A DNA stretch of 47,692 nt from NCBI GenBank assembly GCA_043758715.1, contig JAYVNA010000141.1, forward strand, positions 1 to 47,692, written 5' to 3'. Source of the stretch: Archangium sp. GTDB taxonomy: Bacteria; Myxococcota; Myxococcia; Myxococcales; Myxococcaceae. Both the position numbers and the translations under genes were made by a program. Below are positions 34,196 through 47,148 of the stretch, in pieces. The stretch's first letter is position 1. The number at the start of each line of letters is the position of its first letter. The notes under the pieces are model-generated. The model was not told where the DNA came from. It did not search any database and saw nothing but the letters and a program-made list of their open reading frames with translations.

Positions 34196-36613
34196 TTACT
34201 TCCTCGGAGCGGCGCCCTTGAGCTGCGCCTCCAGCTTGGCCACCTTCGACTTGAGCGAGGCCACCGCTTCGATCGCCGTCTCCGCCGACATCAGCTTCTT
34301 CTTCAAGTTGGCGTTCTCGGTCTTGAGCTTTTCCAGCTCGGCGCTCGAGGCCCCGTTGGCCGGCTGGGCCATCAGGTTGGTCGCCGTGGGCGCTTCGTCC
34401 TGCTCCTCGAGTTCCTGAATGCGCAGCTTGAGCTGAATCTCCTGGGCCTGCATCTCGCGGTACTCCTGCTCGATGCCCGACATGGCGCGCACCCGCTGCT
34501 CCAGCTCGGCGGCCTTCGCCTCAGCCGCCCGCAACTTCGCGTCGCTGCCCGCTGCGGGGCCGGCCGACTTGGCGCGGGCCTCCGCCTGGGCTGCGCGGGC
34601 TTCCTGCTGGGCGGCCCTGGTCTCCGCCGTCTTCGCGCGATCGGCCGTCTCCTTGAGCTTGGCCTCGGCCTGGGTGGCCCGCATCTCGGCCGCGTGCCTC
34701 AGCTCGTCGGCTTCCTTCGCGGCCGACTGGGCCCCGCCGGCCTGCTGCTTCGCCGCGCCTTCGAGCTGCTTGACCTTCGCTTCGAGCTGCGCCGCGCGCT
34801 GGTTGGCCTGGTTCACCATCGCCTGCAGCTGCGCGCCTTGAGCGTTCGACCCGGCCGCCGCCTGCTGCGTGCTCGAAAGCGCGGCCCTCAGCTGCTCCAC
34901 CTCGTCGTTGACCGCGCCATTCTGAGAAGAGACCGCGTCGAGCGTGCCCTGCAGCTCAGCCACCTCGGCCTGGGCCGACGAAGCGCGCCCTTCCGCCAAC
35001 TCGAGCTCTGACTGCAGCCGGCCGATCTCCGCCTGCTGCCGCTCCATCGAGAGGTGAAACTGCTGAAGGTCGGTGTGCCGGCTCTCGAGCTCGCGGTTGC
35101 GGGCGTTGAGCTCGCCTTGCGCCACGTCGAGCGAGGCCTGCGCCTGGCCGGCCTGCGCGCGCAGCTGCTGAACTTCGCCCTGCAACGCCGTCAGCTGGGT
35201 GCGCGCGAGGCCCTGCGTTTCCCGCAGCTGCGACTCGAGCGAGCCGATGCGGTCCGCCTGATCACGCTGCGAGCGCTCCAGCTCGGCTTCGAGCGCTTCG
35301 ATGCGGCCCTGCTGCTCGTTGAGCGTCTCCTGCCGGCTCGAGAGCTCGGCCTCGAGCGCTTCTTTCTCACCGCGCGCGGAGCTGAGCTGGCCTTCGAGAT
35401 CGGTGTTGGCGCCCTGGCGATTGGAAAGTTCACCTTCGATCGCCTCCTTCTCGCCCTTGAGCTCGCCCACCGCCTGCTCGAGCTCGGTGACGCGCGCTTG
35501 CGCCTGGTCGAGCGAAGACTTCGCCCATTCCTGCTCGCTCTCGAGCCCCTTGAGCTTCTCTTCGGCAGACTCGGCGCGCTGCTTCTCGGCCTGCAGCTCG
35601 AGCACGTGGCCGTCGATCTCACCCTTGAGGCGATCGACTTCCATCGTCTGCTGCTGCGCCTCTTCGGCGAACTTCGAAGCCTGCGACTGGAGCGCGTCGT
35701 ACTGCTCCTTCGCCGCGCTCAGCCGCCCCGCCAGCTCGGTGACCCGGTCTTGCGCGTTGCCCAGCGCCTCTTTGACGCCGATGAGCTCGTCGGCCAGCTG
35801 CTGGCGCGAGCGGCGCTCTTCGTCCAGACGGTTGCTGGCGTCGCGGAACTGCTGTTCCACCTCGGCCAGCGCGTTGGTCAGATCGCGCCGCTCGTTGTCC
35901 GCTTCCGCGAACCGAACGACGAGATCCTCCATCTTCTTCTCGGCGGCGTCCGCGCGGACGGTGTCCTTCTCCAGCATGTCCTTGAGCAACTGGACCTGCT
36001 GGGGGTACTCGGCCGCGCGCTGCATTTCGACCAGCGCCAGCTCGAGCTGGCCTTTCATCTGGGTGGTGATCGCCCGCAGCTGCTGCGCTTCGAGATCGAC
36101 CGCCTGGTAGAGCGCGCGCCCGCGGCCGAGCGCCTCGTCCTTCCCCTTCATGATCCCGCGGAAGACCTTCAGCTTCTCTTCGGCATCGACCCCGACCGGA
36201 ATGCGCGGCTCGGCCGGCTCCTGAAAGGGATCGCCGGGAGGCGGCCGGTGAAACGAATTGGGAATCGTGGGAATCGCGAACGCCGGAGCAGGTTGAAGCC
36301 CCTGAAGTGCTCCCAACGACGGCGACGCATTGGGCGGAACGACCGCGGTCCGCTGATGAAGAGGCTGGTGCGGCGAGATCGCCGCGTGCGCACCCGTCTT
36401 CGGTTTCGGAGGCAGCGGCGGAGGCCCCGCGGCCGGCTTGCCCGCCATCGGCGTCGTCTTCGGGGCCACGGCCGCCGGCGCAGCTGTCGCGGCCCTCTGC
36501 GGGGCCGGAACCTGAACGGAAGCCTGCCTGCCCGCCTGCGCGGGAAAGAGGGGCTCATCTTCTTCCAGCTCGCTTCGCAAGCTGGCGAGAGGATCAAGGT
36601 CGTCGGAAGTCAT
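34196..36613 (-). CDS. 805-aa protein with Pro-rich N-terminus and a very long coiled coil
   Basis: A continuous frame with strong codon bias. About 600 aa are heptad-like and Glu/Gln/Ala/Leu/Arg-rich (myosin-tail-like). The stop lies 3 nt before the hemW start. Confidence 0.8.
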   Translation of the reverse strand: MTSDDLDPLASLRSELEEDEPLFPAQAGRQASVQVPAPQRAATAAPAAVAPKTTPMAGKPAAGPPPLPPKPKTGAHAAISPHQPLHQRTAVVPPNASPSLGALQGLQPAPAFAIPTIPNSFHRPPPGDPFQEPAEPRIPVGVDAEEKLKVFRGIMKGKDEALGRGRALYQAVDLEAQQLRAITTQMKGQLELALVEMQRAAEYPQQVQLLKDMLEKDTVRADAAEKKMEDLVVRFAEADNERRDLTNALAEVEQQFRDASNRLDEERRSRQQLADELIGVKEALGNAQDRVTELAGRLSAAKEQYDALQSQASKFAEEAQQQTMEVDRLKGEIDGHVLELQAEKQRAESAEEKLKGLESEQEWAKSSLDQAQARVTELEQAVGELKGEKEAIEGELSNRQGANTDLEGQLSSARGEKEALEAELSSRQETLNEQQGRIEALEAELERSQRDQADRIGSLESQLRETQGLARTQLTALQGEVQQLRAQAGQAQASLDVAQGELNARNRELESRHTDLQQFHLSMERQQAEIGRLQSELELAEGRASSAQAEVAELQGTLDAVSSQNGAVNDEVEQLRAALSSTQQAAAGSNAQGAQLQAMVNQANQRAAQLEAKVKQLEGAAKQQAGGAQSAAKEADELRHAAEMRATQAEAKLKETADRAKTAETRAAQQEARAAQAEARAKSAGPAAGSDAKLRAAEAKAAELEQRVRAMSGIEQEYREMQAQEIQLKLRIQELEEQDEAPTATNLMAQPANGASSAELEKLKTENANLKKKLMSAETAIEAVASLKSKVAKLEAQLKGAAPRK

Positions 36614-36683
36614 GGGGAAGAGCGCAGCAGATGCCCAGTCTAACCCCTTCCCCCGCGAGCGCGAACTTGAGAGCGTGCCTGCA

Positions 36684-39281
36684 ATGACAGCTCGCTACAG
36701 GTTGACCAATGGACTGACCGTCGTGCTGGAACAGCAACGGCAGGCCCCAGTGGTCGCCTTCCAGGTTTGGGTCAAGGTGGGCAGCGCCGACGAAACCCCC
36801 GAAGAGGTAGGCCTCGCCCACCTCCACGAGCACATGTTGTTCAAAGGCACGGCACGGCGTGGGCTCGGGGAAATCGCCCGTTCCATCGAGGCCCACGGGG
36901 GTGAAATCAACGCGTGGACGAGCTTCGATCAGACCGTCTACCACGTGGTGATGGCCAGCCGGCACGCCTGGCAGGGCCTCGACGTGCTCGCCGACGCCGT
37001 GCGGAACTCGAGCTTCGACGAAGGTGAGCTCACCCGCGAAATCGAAGTCGTCTGCGAAGAAATCAAACGCAGCCTCGACATGCCCTCCCGCCGCGCCTCG
37101 AAAGCCCTCTTCGGGGAGGCATTCAAGACCCACCCCTATGGGCGTCCGGTGATCGGGTTCGAAGCGAACGTGCGCGCCCACACCCGGGACGGCGTGCTGG
37201 CGTTCTACGGCAAGCACTACCAGCCCTCGAACATGGTGCTCTCGGCGGTCGGCGACTTCGACGAGCCGACGCTGCGCGCGCAGATCGAAGAGCTCTTCGG
37301 GGGCGAATGGGCCCGGGCGCCCAGGCCCCCGCTCTCCCGCCCTTCCGAGCCCGACTTCCACGGGGTGCGGGTGGCCCTCGCGCGCGATGACGTGAAAGAC
37401 GCGCATCTGCACCTCGCCTTTCAGATCCCCGGGGTCGAACACGCCGACACCGCACCTCTCGACGTGCTGGCAATGCTGCTGGGCCAGGGCGACGCTTCCC
37501 GTCTCTCGCTCGAGGTGCGCCGCAAACGATCGCTCGCCCGCGACGTGAACTCCTGGGCCTGGACGCCGCGTGAACGCGGCCTGTTCGCGGCCTCCCTCAC
37601 CACCACCCCGGCCACCCTCGCCGAAGCCTTCGAAGAGACCGTGCGCGTGATGGCCACCATGACGCGGGTGGAAGCAGAGCGCGACGAAGTCGAGACCATC
37701 AAGTCGCTCATCGAAGCGGAGGCCGTGTACCAGCGCGAAACGGTGCAGGGGCTCGCGCGCAAGCTCGGGTACTACGAGTCGATGGCGGGCGGGCTCGAGC
37801 GCGAGGCCTCGTATTACGAGGCCATCAGCCAGGTCACCGCCGCGCAGCTCCGCGAAGTCGCCGATCGCTACTTCAAGTTCGAGGACGCGGTGGTGACGGG
37901 GCTGCTGCCGACCGAAACCCAGCTGACCGAGACGCAGGTTCGCGACGTGCTCACCCGGGTGTCCGCGAACCGGCCCGCCACCCTGCCCGCCCGGCAGATC
38001 GCGGCCCCCACGCCCCTGCGCCTGGTGGGCAACCTGAAGAAGGCCCGGCCGGGCATCACGGTCGAAAAGCTCGCCAACGGGGCCAGCCTGATCGTCCGCG
38101 AAGAACGTTCGGTGCCGCTGATGGCGCTGCGCGCGAGCTTCCACGGCGGCGTTCGCTACGAGACCCCCGAGCAGGGTGGGCTGACCTCCCTGCTCTCGCG
38201 CACCCTCACGCGCGGCACCACCACGCTGGGCGCGGAAGCGTTCAGCCACCTGGTCGACTCCATGGCCGGTTCCCTCTCGGCCATCGCCGGCCGCAACTCG
38301 ATGTCATTGCGCGGCGAGTTCCTCAGCAAACACTTCGAGCGGGCCTTCGAGTTGTTCGCCGATTCGCTCTCGAACCCGGCCTTCAGCGACGAGGAATTCG
38401 AGCGCGAGCGCCTTCAGCAACTGCAGGACATCGCCAGCCGCGATGACCGCCCGTCTTCGCTCGCCTTCGAGCTCTTCGCGCGCACGTTGTGGCTCGCGCA
38501 CCCGTACCGGCTCTCGACCCTGGGAGAAAAGGCCACCCTCGAGGCGCTCACGCCCGACGCGCTGCGGGGCTACCACTCCAGGTGGATGGATCCGTCGCAG
38601 ATGACCCTCGCGGTGGTGGGCGACGTCGACACCGAGACCGTGCTGCAGCGGGTGACGGCAGCCCTGGGCGGCACCCGGGCCCAGGCCGCCGCCGCGCCTC
38701 AGGTCGCCGTCGAGCCGCCCAGGACCGGCCGCCGAGAAACGCGCCGCGCGTTGCAGAAGGCGCAGACCCACCTGGTGCTCGGCTTCCCCGGCGCCCGCAT
38801 GACCGACCCCTGGAGACGCGGGCTCGAAGTGATGCAGACCCTGCTCTCGGGCCAGAGTGGCCGCCTCTTCATGGAACTGCGCGACAAACGCTCGATGGCC
38901 TACAGCGTGTCCGCGATGCTGATGGAAGGCATCGATGCCGGCTCGTTCAGCGTCTACATGGGCACCAGCCCCGAGAAGGTCGAGGCGGCGCTGGCGGGCA
39001 TCCGGGCCGAGCTTGCCAAGCTGTGTGACGAACTCGTCAGCGACGCCGAGCTCGCGCGCGCGAAGGAACACTTGATCGGAACCCAGGGCATCGGGCTGCA
39101 GCGCAACGGGGCGCGCGCGGGCGTGATGGCGCTCGACGCCTGCTACGGGCTGGGGGCCGACGCGTTCTTGAAGTACCCCGAGGAGATCGCGGCGGTCACC
39201 GCGGAAGACATTCGCAGCGCCGCGCGGCGCGTGATCGACTTCGAGCGCGAGGCGTTGGCGGTCGTCGGCCCCGCGGTGTGA
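36684..39281 (+). CDS. tandem-M16 (pitrilysin/insulinase family) zinc peptidase, active plus inactive halves fused
   Basis: The inverted zinc motif HLHEH is in GLAHLHEHMLFKGT. The second half (from ITVEKLANGASLIV) lacks it. I prefer ATG 36684. Track start 36612 would share CATG with the divergent gene's start codon. Confidence 0.9.
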   Translation: MTARYRLTNGLTVVLEQQRQAPVVAFQVWVKVGSADETPEEVGLAHLHEHMLFKGTARRGLGEIARSIEAHGGEINAWTSFDQTVYHVVMASRHAWQGLDVLADAVRNSSFDEGELTREIEVVCEEIKRSLDMPSRRASKALFGEAFKTHPYGRPVIGFEANVRAHTRDGVLAFYGKHYQPSNMVLSAVGDFDEPTLRAQIEELFGGEWARAPRPPLSRPSEPDFHGVRVALARDDVKDAHLHLAFQIPGVEHADTAPLDVLAMLLGQGDASRLSLEVRRKRSLARDVNSWAWTPRERGLFAASLTTTPATLAEAFEETVRVMATMTRVEAERDEVETIKSLIEAEAVYQRETVQGLARKLGYYESMAGGLEREASYYEAISQVTAAQLREVADRYFKFEDAVVTGLLPTETQLTETQVRDVLTRVSANRPATLPARQIAAPTPLRLVGNLKKARPGITVEKLANGASLIVREERSVPLMALRASFHGGVRYETPEQGGLTSLLSRTLTRGTTTLGAEAFSHLVDSMAGSLSAIAGRNSMSLRGEFLSKHFERAFELFADSLSNPAFSDEEFERERLQQLQDIASRDDRPSSLAFELFARTLWLAHPYRLSTLGEKATLEALTPDALRGYHSRWMDPSQMTLAVVGDVDTETVLQRVTAALGGTRAQAAAAPQVAVEPPRTGRRETRRALQKAQTHLVLGFPGARMTDPWRRGLEVMQTLLSGQSGRLFMELRDKRSMAYSVSAMLMEGIDAGSFSVYMGTSPEKVEAALAGIRAELAKLCDELVSDAELARAKEHLIGTQGIGLQRNGARAGVMALDACYGLGADAFLKYPEEIAAVTAEDIRSAARRVIDFEREALAVVGPAV

Positions 39282-39288
39282 AACGCGC

Positions 39289-41013
39289 TCAGCGAGAGGA
39301 CAACCAGCGGGTGCGGAGCCGCTCGGCCCGCGCGCGCCGCTGAACGTCTTCGCCGTCGAGTGAAGCGGCCAGCGAGGCCGCCCGCAGGGCCAGCTCGAGC
39401 CTGCCCTGCCGCTCGAACACCGCGGATTGCCCGGCCACCTTGTCGGCCAGCCCGCGTCGATCTCTGTCTTCCGGCAGCTGCGCCGCTCCCAGTGCGCCAA
39501 GGGCACACCGCCAACGCGAGAGCCCACGTTGCACCTGCTCCTCCATCACGTCGCGTTCGAGCTGGGTGAGCAGTTGCTCGGGGCTGATCGACAGCAGGGC
39601 CAGGCGCCCCTCGGGACAGCGGGGGTCGTCATCGGGCGACTGCTCGGCCAACCACCACGCGCCGGGCCCGGGGCTCATCGACGCTGCCAGCCGCGGCATT
39701 CCCTCGACGGCGATGCGCAGATCGACCACGTCAGGCGGGCCTTCGCTCACCAGCAGGTCTTCCACCGCGAGGCTGGGCCGGCCGACCACCACCACCCGCC
39801 CGCTCGGGAAGAGCGTGGCTGCCTCGACGGCATCGCTCCACGCAATTAACGGCTGGCGCACGCCCCGCGTCGACAGCTCGTTGCTGAGCTCCGGCCTGGC
39901 GGCAACGGGGCCGGCCACCGGCATGATCGGGCTGAGCGAGAACGAGGTCATCGTGGCCAACGAGAGCAGCAGCACCAGGCTCACGAACGCGAAGCCGGAA
40001 AGCGAACGTTGGGAGGCTTCGACGCCGTCGAAGCCCGTACGAGCGGCCGACAACCCGTCCCCCACCAGCATCGCCAGCAGCGGCACGCAGCCCAGGAACA
40101 AGGTGCGCGCCGAATCGGTCCAGTTCGCCAGCACCAGCGTCATCAACACCCAGGCCAGCAGCGTGCCGCCGCCGCGCAGATGAAAGCGCCGCCACACGCC
40201 GGCGACCAGCGCACCCGCCAGCGCCGCGAAGATCCAGCGCGACTGCCGGGAAACAAAACCCAGAGTGCCGTCGCTGCCATCTGACGAAGGGAGCAGCCCT
40301 TCGAACGGCAACGACCCCAGCACCAGGAACCGGAACCCGAACACCAGCGCCGCGATGAACAGCCCCGTCACCAGGAAACGCAGCGCTTCGCGAACCCCCG
40401 GCCGGCCCTCGATCCGCGCCGCCACCCACCAGGCGGGCACCGTGACCAGCAGCAACCAGATCGCCGAAGGCCTGAACAAGCTCAAGGCCCCGATGGCCAT
40501 CGCGGGCGCCGTGCTGCGACCCGTCGACAGCCCGCGCCCCGTCACCAGCACCACCACCGCCAACGCCAACACCCAACCGGTCGAACCGCTGCCCAGCGCC
40601 GCGGCATCGGCGGTGGCCGTCACCAGGCTCAGCCCCAGCGCAGGCAGCACATCTTCGATCTGCACCGCTCGCCGCCACACCAGGGCGCCTCGCAGCGCGA
40701 CCGCGACCAACGAGCAGCCCAGCAGCAACGCCGACAGCCGCGGCAGCCACGCTTCGATGCTCCCGCCGAGGCGAAGCACCAGCGCCTGCACCCCGAGCCA
40801 GACCAGGTTGGCCGGCCCCGGCGAAGCACTCGACCATTGCGTCAACCGCAGCCCCAGCCCGCCCACCAGCGAACGGGCCAGCACCAGCGACTCAGCTTGA
40901 TCGGCCGACAAGCCCCCGGGCTGAATACTGAAGCGCCACAGGAACATCGCCAGCGCCCCGACCAGCAGCGTCCAGAAGCCGAACACCTCGGCGGTGCGGG
41001 CCCGGTTGCTCAC
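39289..41013 (-). CDS. large polytopic membrane protein (about 10 or more hydrophobic segments) with a ~200-aa soluble C-terminal domain; a GT-C-like fold is only a guess
   Basis: GTG 41013 overlaps the KamA stop as GTGA. The remainder of the track ORF (to 41433) overlaps the kamA gene in another frame. No family confidently recognised. Confidence 0.65.
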   Translation of the reverse strand: MSNRARTAEVFGFWTLLVGALAMFLWRFSIQPGGLSADQAESLVLARSLVGGLGLRLTQWSSASPGPANLVWLGVQALVLRLGGSIEAWLPRLSALLLGCSLVAVALRGALVWRRAVQIEDVLPALGLSLVTATADAAALGSGSTGWVLALAVVVLVTGRGLSTGRSTAPAMAIGALSLFRPSAIWLLLVTVPAWWVAARIEGRPGVREALRFLVTGLFIAALVFGFRFLVLGSLPFEGLLPSSDGSDGTLGFVSRQSRWIFAALAGALVAGVWRRFHLRGGGTLLAWVLMTLVLANWTDSARTLFLGCVPLLAMLVGDGLSAARTGFDGVEASQRSLSGFAFVSLVLLLSLATMTSFSLSPIMPVAGPVAARPELSNELSTRGVRQPLIAWSDAVEAATLFPSGRVVVVGRPSLAVEDLLVSEGPPDVVDLRIAVEGMPRLAASMSPGPGAWWLAEQSPDDDPRCPEGRLALLSISPEQLLTQLERDVMEEQVQRGLSRWRCALGALGAAQLPEDRDRRGLADKVAGQSAVFERQGRLELALRAASLAASLDGEDVQRRARAERLRTRWLSSR

Positions 41014-42209
41014 CGGTGGGTCCAGACCGAATCGTAGGGGCAGGTGCAGTCGGTCACCTCGGGCTCCGGGTAGGTGTACCGCTCGCCGCGATAGCTGCGC
41101 AGCACGGTCTGGGTGGGCGCATTCTCGATGACGTAGCTGGCCTGCAGGGTCACCTTGCCACCGCCCCCTGGCAGATCGACCGCCAGATGGGGCACGGCGA
41201 GGCCCGAGGTCCACCCGCGCAGCTTTTCCAGAATCTCCACGCCCGTGGCGATGGGAGTGCGCAGGTGCTCGCAGCCCTCCGCGACGTCCATCTGGTGCAG
41301 GTAGTACGGGCGCACCCGCATCTTCAGGCACGCGTGGTTGAGTTCTTTGATGATGCGCGCGTCGGAATTGAGCCGCCGCATCAGCACCGTCTGATTTTCC
41401 ACCGGGACACCCGCGTCGACCAACCGCTCGCAAGCGACCCGCGACTCTGGGGTGATTTCTTTGGGGTGGTTGAAGTGCGTCACTACGAACAGCGGCGCGT
41501 GTCGCCGGAGCACCTTCGCCAGCGCCTCGGTCACGCGCATCGGCAAGGTCACCGGCATGCGCGTGCCGATGCGAATGATCTCCACGTGGGGAATTGCGCG
41601 CAGCGGGGCGAGCAGCTGATCCAATCGCTCATCTGAGAGCAGCAGCGGGTCGCCTCCGCTGATCAACACGTCCCTGACCTCGGGGTGCTCGCGGATGTAC
41701 GCGATGCCCTGCTCGTGCGCGGTGCGGGTCAGTTCGGCTTCGCCGCCCTTGGTGATGCGCCGGCGGGTGCAGTGCCGGCAGTAGACCGAGCAGGTATCAG
41801 TCGCCAGAAAGAGCACCCGGTCGGGGTACTTGTGAACGATCGCTTCGACCGGGCGATGAGGGTCTTCTCCCAGCGGGTCCGACAGCTCGCCGGGGCGAAT
41901 TCGCGCTTCGGCCTTCACCGGAATCGACTGCATGCGCACCGGGCACAGCGGGTGCGCCGGGTCGATCAACGACAGGTAGTAGGGCGAGACGCCCACCCGA
42001 AAGAGCTTCGCGGTCTCGTCCAACCCCGCCCGCTCGTCATCGGTGAGCGGCACCGCCTTCGCGAGCCCCGCCGCGTCGTGAACGGCGTGGCGCATCTGCC
42101 ACCGCCAGTCACCCCACTCCGCGTCGGTGGCTTCGGGAAAGAGCGCACGCCGCCGCTCCGCGGGATCCGCGGGCCGGCTCAGCTCGAAGGTCGTCCCGGG
42201 GGAAGTCAC
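41010..42209 (-). CDS. kamA: lysine 2,3-aminomutase (canonical KamA-type radical SAM/PLP enzyme)
   Basis: Colinear with Clostridium KamA as I recall it: VSPYYLSLIDP, CSVYCRHCTRRR, VLISGGDPL, HFNHPKEIT, RPYYLHQMD and VDLPGGGGK. The last two contain the two substrate-binding Asp residues and the PLP Lys. Confidence 0.85.
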   Translation of the reverse strand: MTSPGTTFELSRPADPAERRRALFPEATDAEWGDWRWQMRHAVHDAAGLAKAVPLTDDERAGLDETAKLFRVGVSPYYLSLIDPAHPLCPVRMQSIPVKAEARIRPGELSDPLGEDPHRPVEAIVHKYPDRVLFLATDTCSVYCRHCTRRRITKGGEAELTRTAHEQGIAYIREHPEVRDVLISGGDPLLLSDERLDQLLAPLRAIPHVEIIRIGTRMPVTLPMRVTEALAKVLRRHAPLFVVTHFNHPKEITPESRVACERLVDAGVPVENQTVLMRRLNSDARIIKELNHACLKMRVRPYYLHQMDVAEGCEHLRTPIATGVEILEKLRGWTSGLAVPHLAVDLPGGGGKVTLQASYVIENAPTQTVLRSYRGERYTYPEPEVTDCTCPYDSVWTHR

Positions 42210-42219
42210 GGGGTCGCCT

Positions 42220-43620
42220 TTAGGCGTGCACCGAGTGAGAAGGCGTGACCCGCGCCGCGTGCTCGCGCCAATACGCCTGACCTGCCTCGGGGAGATCCGC
42301 GACCGGGTCGTAGTACTCGTACTGGCGGTTGAGCGCTTCGGGGTCGTTCATCTCGATCCCGTTGCGGTAATTCTTCGTCCAGTACGAGATGCCCTTCTCG
42401 CGATCGTAGTTGGCGACCTGGTGCACCCAGCGTTTCCCCACGTACGGCACGTCGCACACGATGCGCGGCGTGGCGAAGCCCGGCATGTACCCCATGATGT
42501 CGTGCTGGAGCTTCTGCGCCGTGCCCACCGAGACCCGCCAGTGCTCGGAGTTGGGGATCATGTCGCACATGTAGAAGTAGTACGGGAGGATCCGCGCGTG
42601 ATCGAGCAGCATGAACGAGAGCTCGAGCAGGTCGCGTGAAGTGGCGTTCACCCCGCGCAGCAAGACGCCCTGGTTGCGCACGTCGCGGAAGCCCACCTCG
42701 AACAACATCTTCGCGGCCCGGCCCAGCAACGGCGTCACCTGGTTCGCGTTGTTCACGTGCGTGTGCACCGCGATGTCCACGTTGCGATCAAAGGCCTTCT
42801 TCCCGATGCGCTCGAGCGCCGAGCGCACGTTGTCCTGCAGCCAGTGCTGAGGAATGCCCATCAGCCCCTTGGAGGCGAGGCGAATGTCGCGAATGTTCGG
42901 AATGTCGAGCAGCTGAGTGACGAAGCTCTCGAGCTGGCCGATGGGCACGTTGGCCACGTCGCCACCCGACACCACCACGTCACGAACGGTCGGCGTCTGG
43001 CGCAGATACTCGAGCATCTTGTTCCAGCGCTCGGGCTGGGCGATCGAGAACTTCAGCTTCTCGACCTGCGGCACGTCGTTGCCCACCAGGTCCATGCGGG
43101 TGCAGTGACCGCAGTACTGGGGGCAGGTCGACAACAGCTCCGCCAGCACCTTGGTGGGGTAGCGGTGCGTGAGGCCTTCGACCTTCCACATCTCGGCTTC
43201 GTGCAACGAATCGCGCGAGGCCATCGGGTGGTTGGGCCACGCGGTGTTCCGGTCGGCGAACGCCGGCAGCATGTAGCGCCGCAACGGGTCGGTCCAGAGG
43301 TCCTCCGTGTTCATGGTGTTGACCATGTGAGGCGTGATCAGAATCGACATCGTCGCGCGCTCGCGCTGATCGCGATCGATCGATTCGGCGAGCGAATCAG
43401 GCAACAGCGCGCCAAGCGCGGCCTTGAGCTCCTTGAGGTTCTTGATGGTGTTGCGCCGCTGCCAGAGCGCGCTCTCCCAGTCCTGCGTGGACACGCCCTG
43501 AAAGCCGGGAATGCGAGTCCAGTCGGGCTCGACGAAGGAACGCGTGAGCGGGTACGTGAAGGGCTGCGCCTCCGCGGCGTTCACGGGGGCAGGAGCTGAG
43601 GGCGATGCGGTCGTCTGCAT
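42220..43620 (-). CDS. long-form KamA-family radical SAM aminomutase (divergent paralog)
   Basis: 466 aa with CPQYCGHCTRMD, VVVSGGDVA, HVNNANQVT, LPYYFYMCDM and CDVPYVGKRW. It differs from the adjacent KamA at the N- and C-termini. Confidence 0.85.
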   Translation of the reverse strand: MQTTASPSAPAPVNAAEAQPFTYPLTRSFVEPDWTRIPGFQGVSTQDWESALWQRRNTIKNLKELKAALGALLPDSLAESIDRDQRERATMSILITPHMVNTMNTEDLWTDPLRRYMLPAFADRNTAWPNHPMASRDSLHEAEMWKVEGLTHRYPTKVLAELLSTCPQYCGHCTRMDLVGNDVPQVEKLKFSIAQPERWNKMLEYLRQTPTVRDVVVSGGDVANVPIGQLESFVTQLLDIPNIRDIRLASKGLMGIPQHWLQDNVRSALERIGKKAFDRNVDIAVHTHVNNANQVTPLLGRAAKMLFEVGFRDVRNQGVLLRGVNATSRDLLELSFMLLDHARILPYYFYMCDMIPNSEHWRVSVGTAQKLQHDIMGYMPGFATPRIVCDVPYVGKRWVHQVANYDREKGISYWTKNYRNGIEMNDPEALNRQYEYYDPVADLPEAGQAYWREHAARVTPSHSVHA

Positions 43621-43667
43621 GGCCCACCTATGCCACGGGCCGCTGACTTCTTGAAGCCTCGCCGAGG

Positions 43668-46679
<3,012 letters not shown>

Positions 46680-46830
46680 CAGGTCAGTCGCTCAGACGCT
46701 CGGGCCGTGGAAACAGGTGCAGCAGGGGCGGCCAGAGAGAGAAAAACGATAGTCGTCTCGCGGAGGTAGGTCAATCAGCCTGGTGGCCACCTGGGCAGGT
46801 AGCCTCCCGGTGACGCCTCGAACGCGAGGC

Positions 46831-46869
46831 AAAAAAAAGCCCCCAACCTCGTTTTCACGAGGTGGGGGC
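46831..46869 (-). terminator. intrinsic terminator of the rrn operon
   Basis: The minus strand reads gcccccacctcg-tgaaaa-cgaggttgggggc followed by tttttttt. It begins 6 nt after the 5S 3' end. Confidence 0.85.
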
Positions 46870-46875
46870 ATAACA

Positions 46876-46991
<116 letters not shown>

Positions 46992-47148
46992 ATTCTGGTT
47001 AGAAAGAGTGCATACGAAGGGTAAGGATTCAATTTTGAGTTTGTGTTGATTCATCTGCGCAGTGCCCTCCTTGGAAGGCAGCGCTGCAGGGGCCTCGACC
47101 TCGATCTCGAGTCAACACCAGGCCCGAAAGCCTGCGTCATCGAGATAA

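Noticed and set aside
41014-41433. N-terminal 140 aa of track ORF 39289..41433
   Set aside because: It overlaps the well-supported kamA gene in a different frame. The hydrophobic membrane protein begins naturally at GTG 41013.
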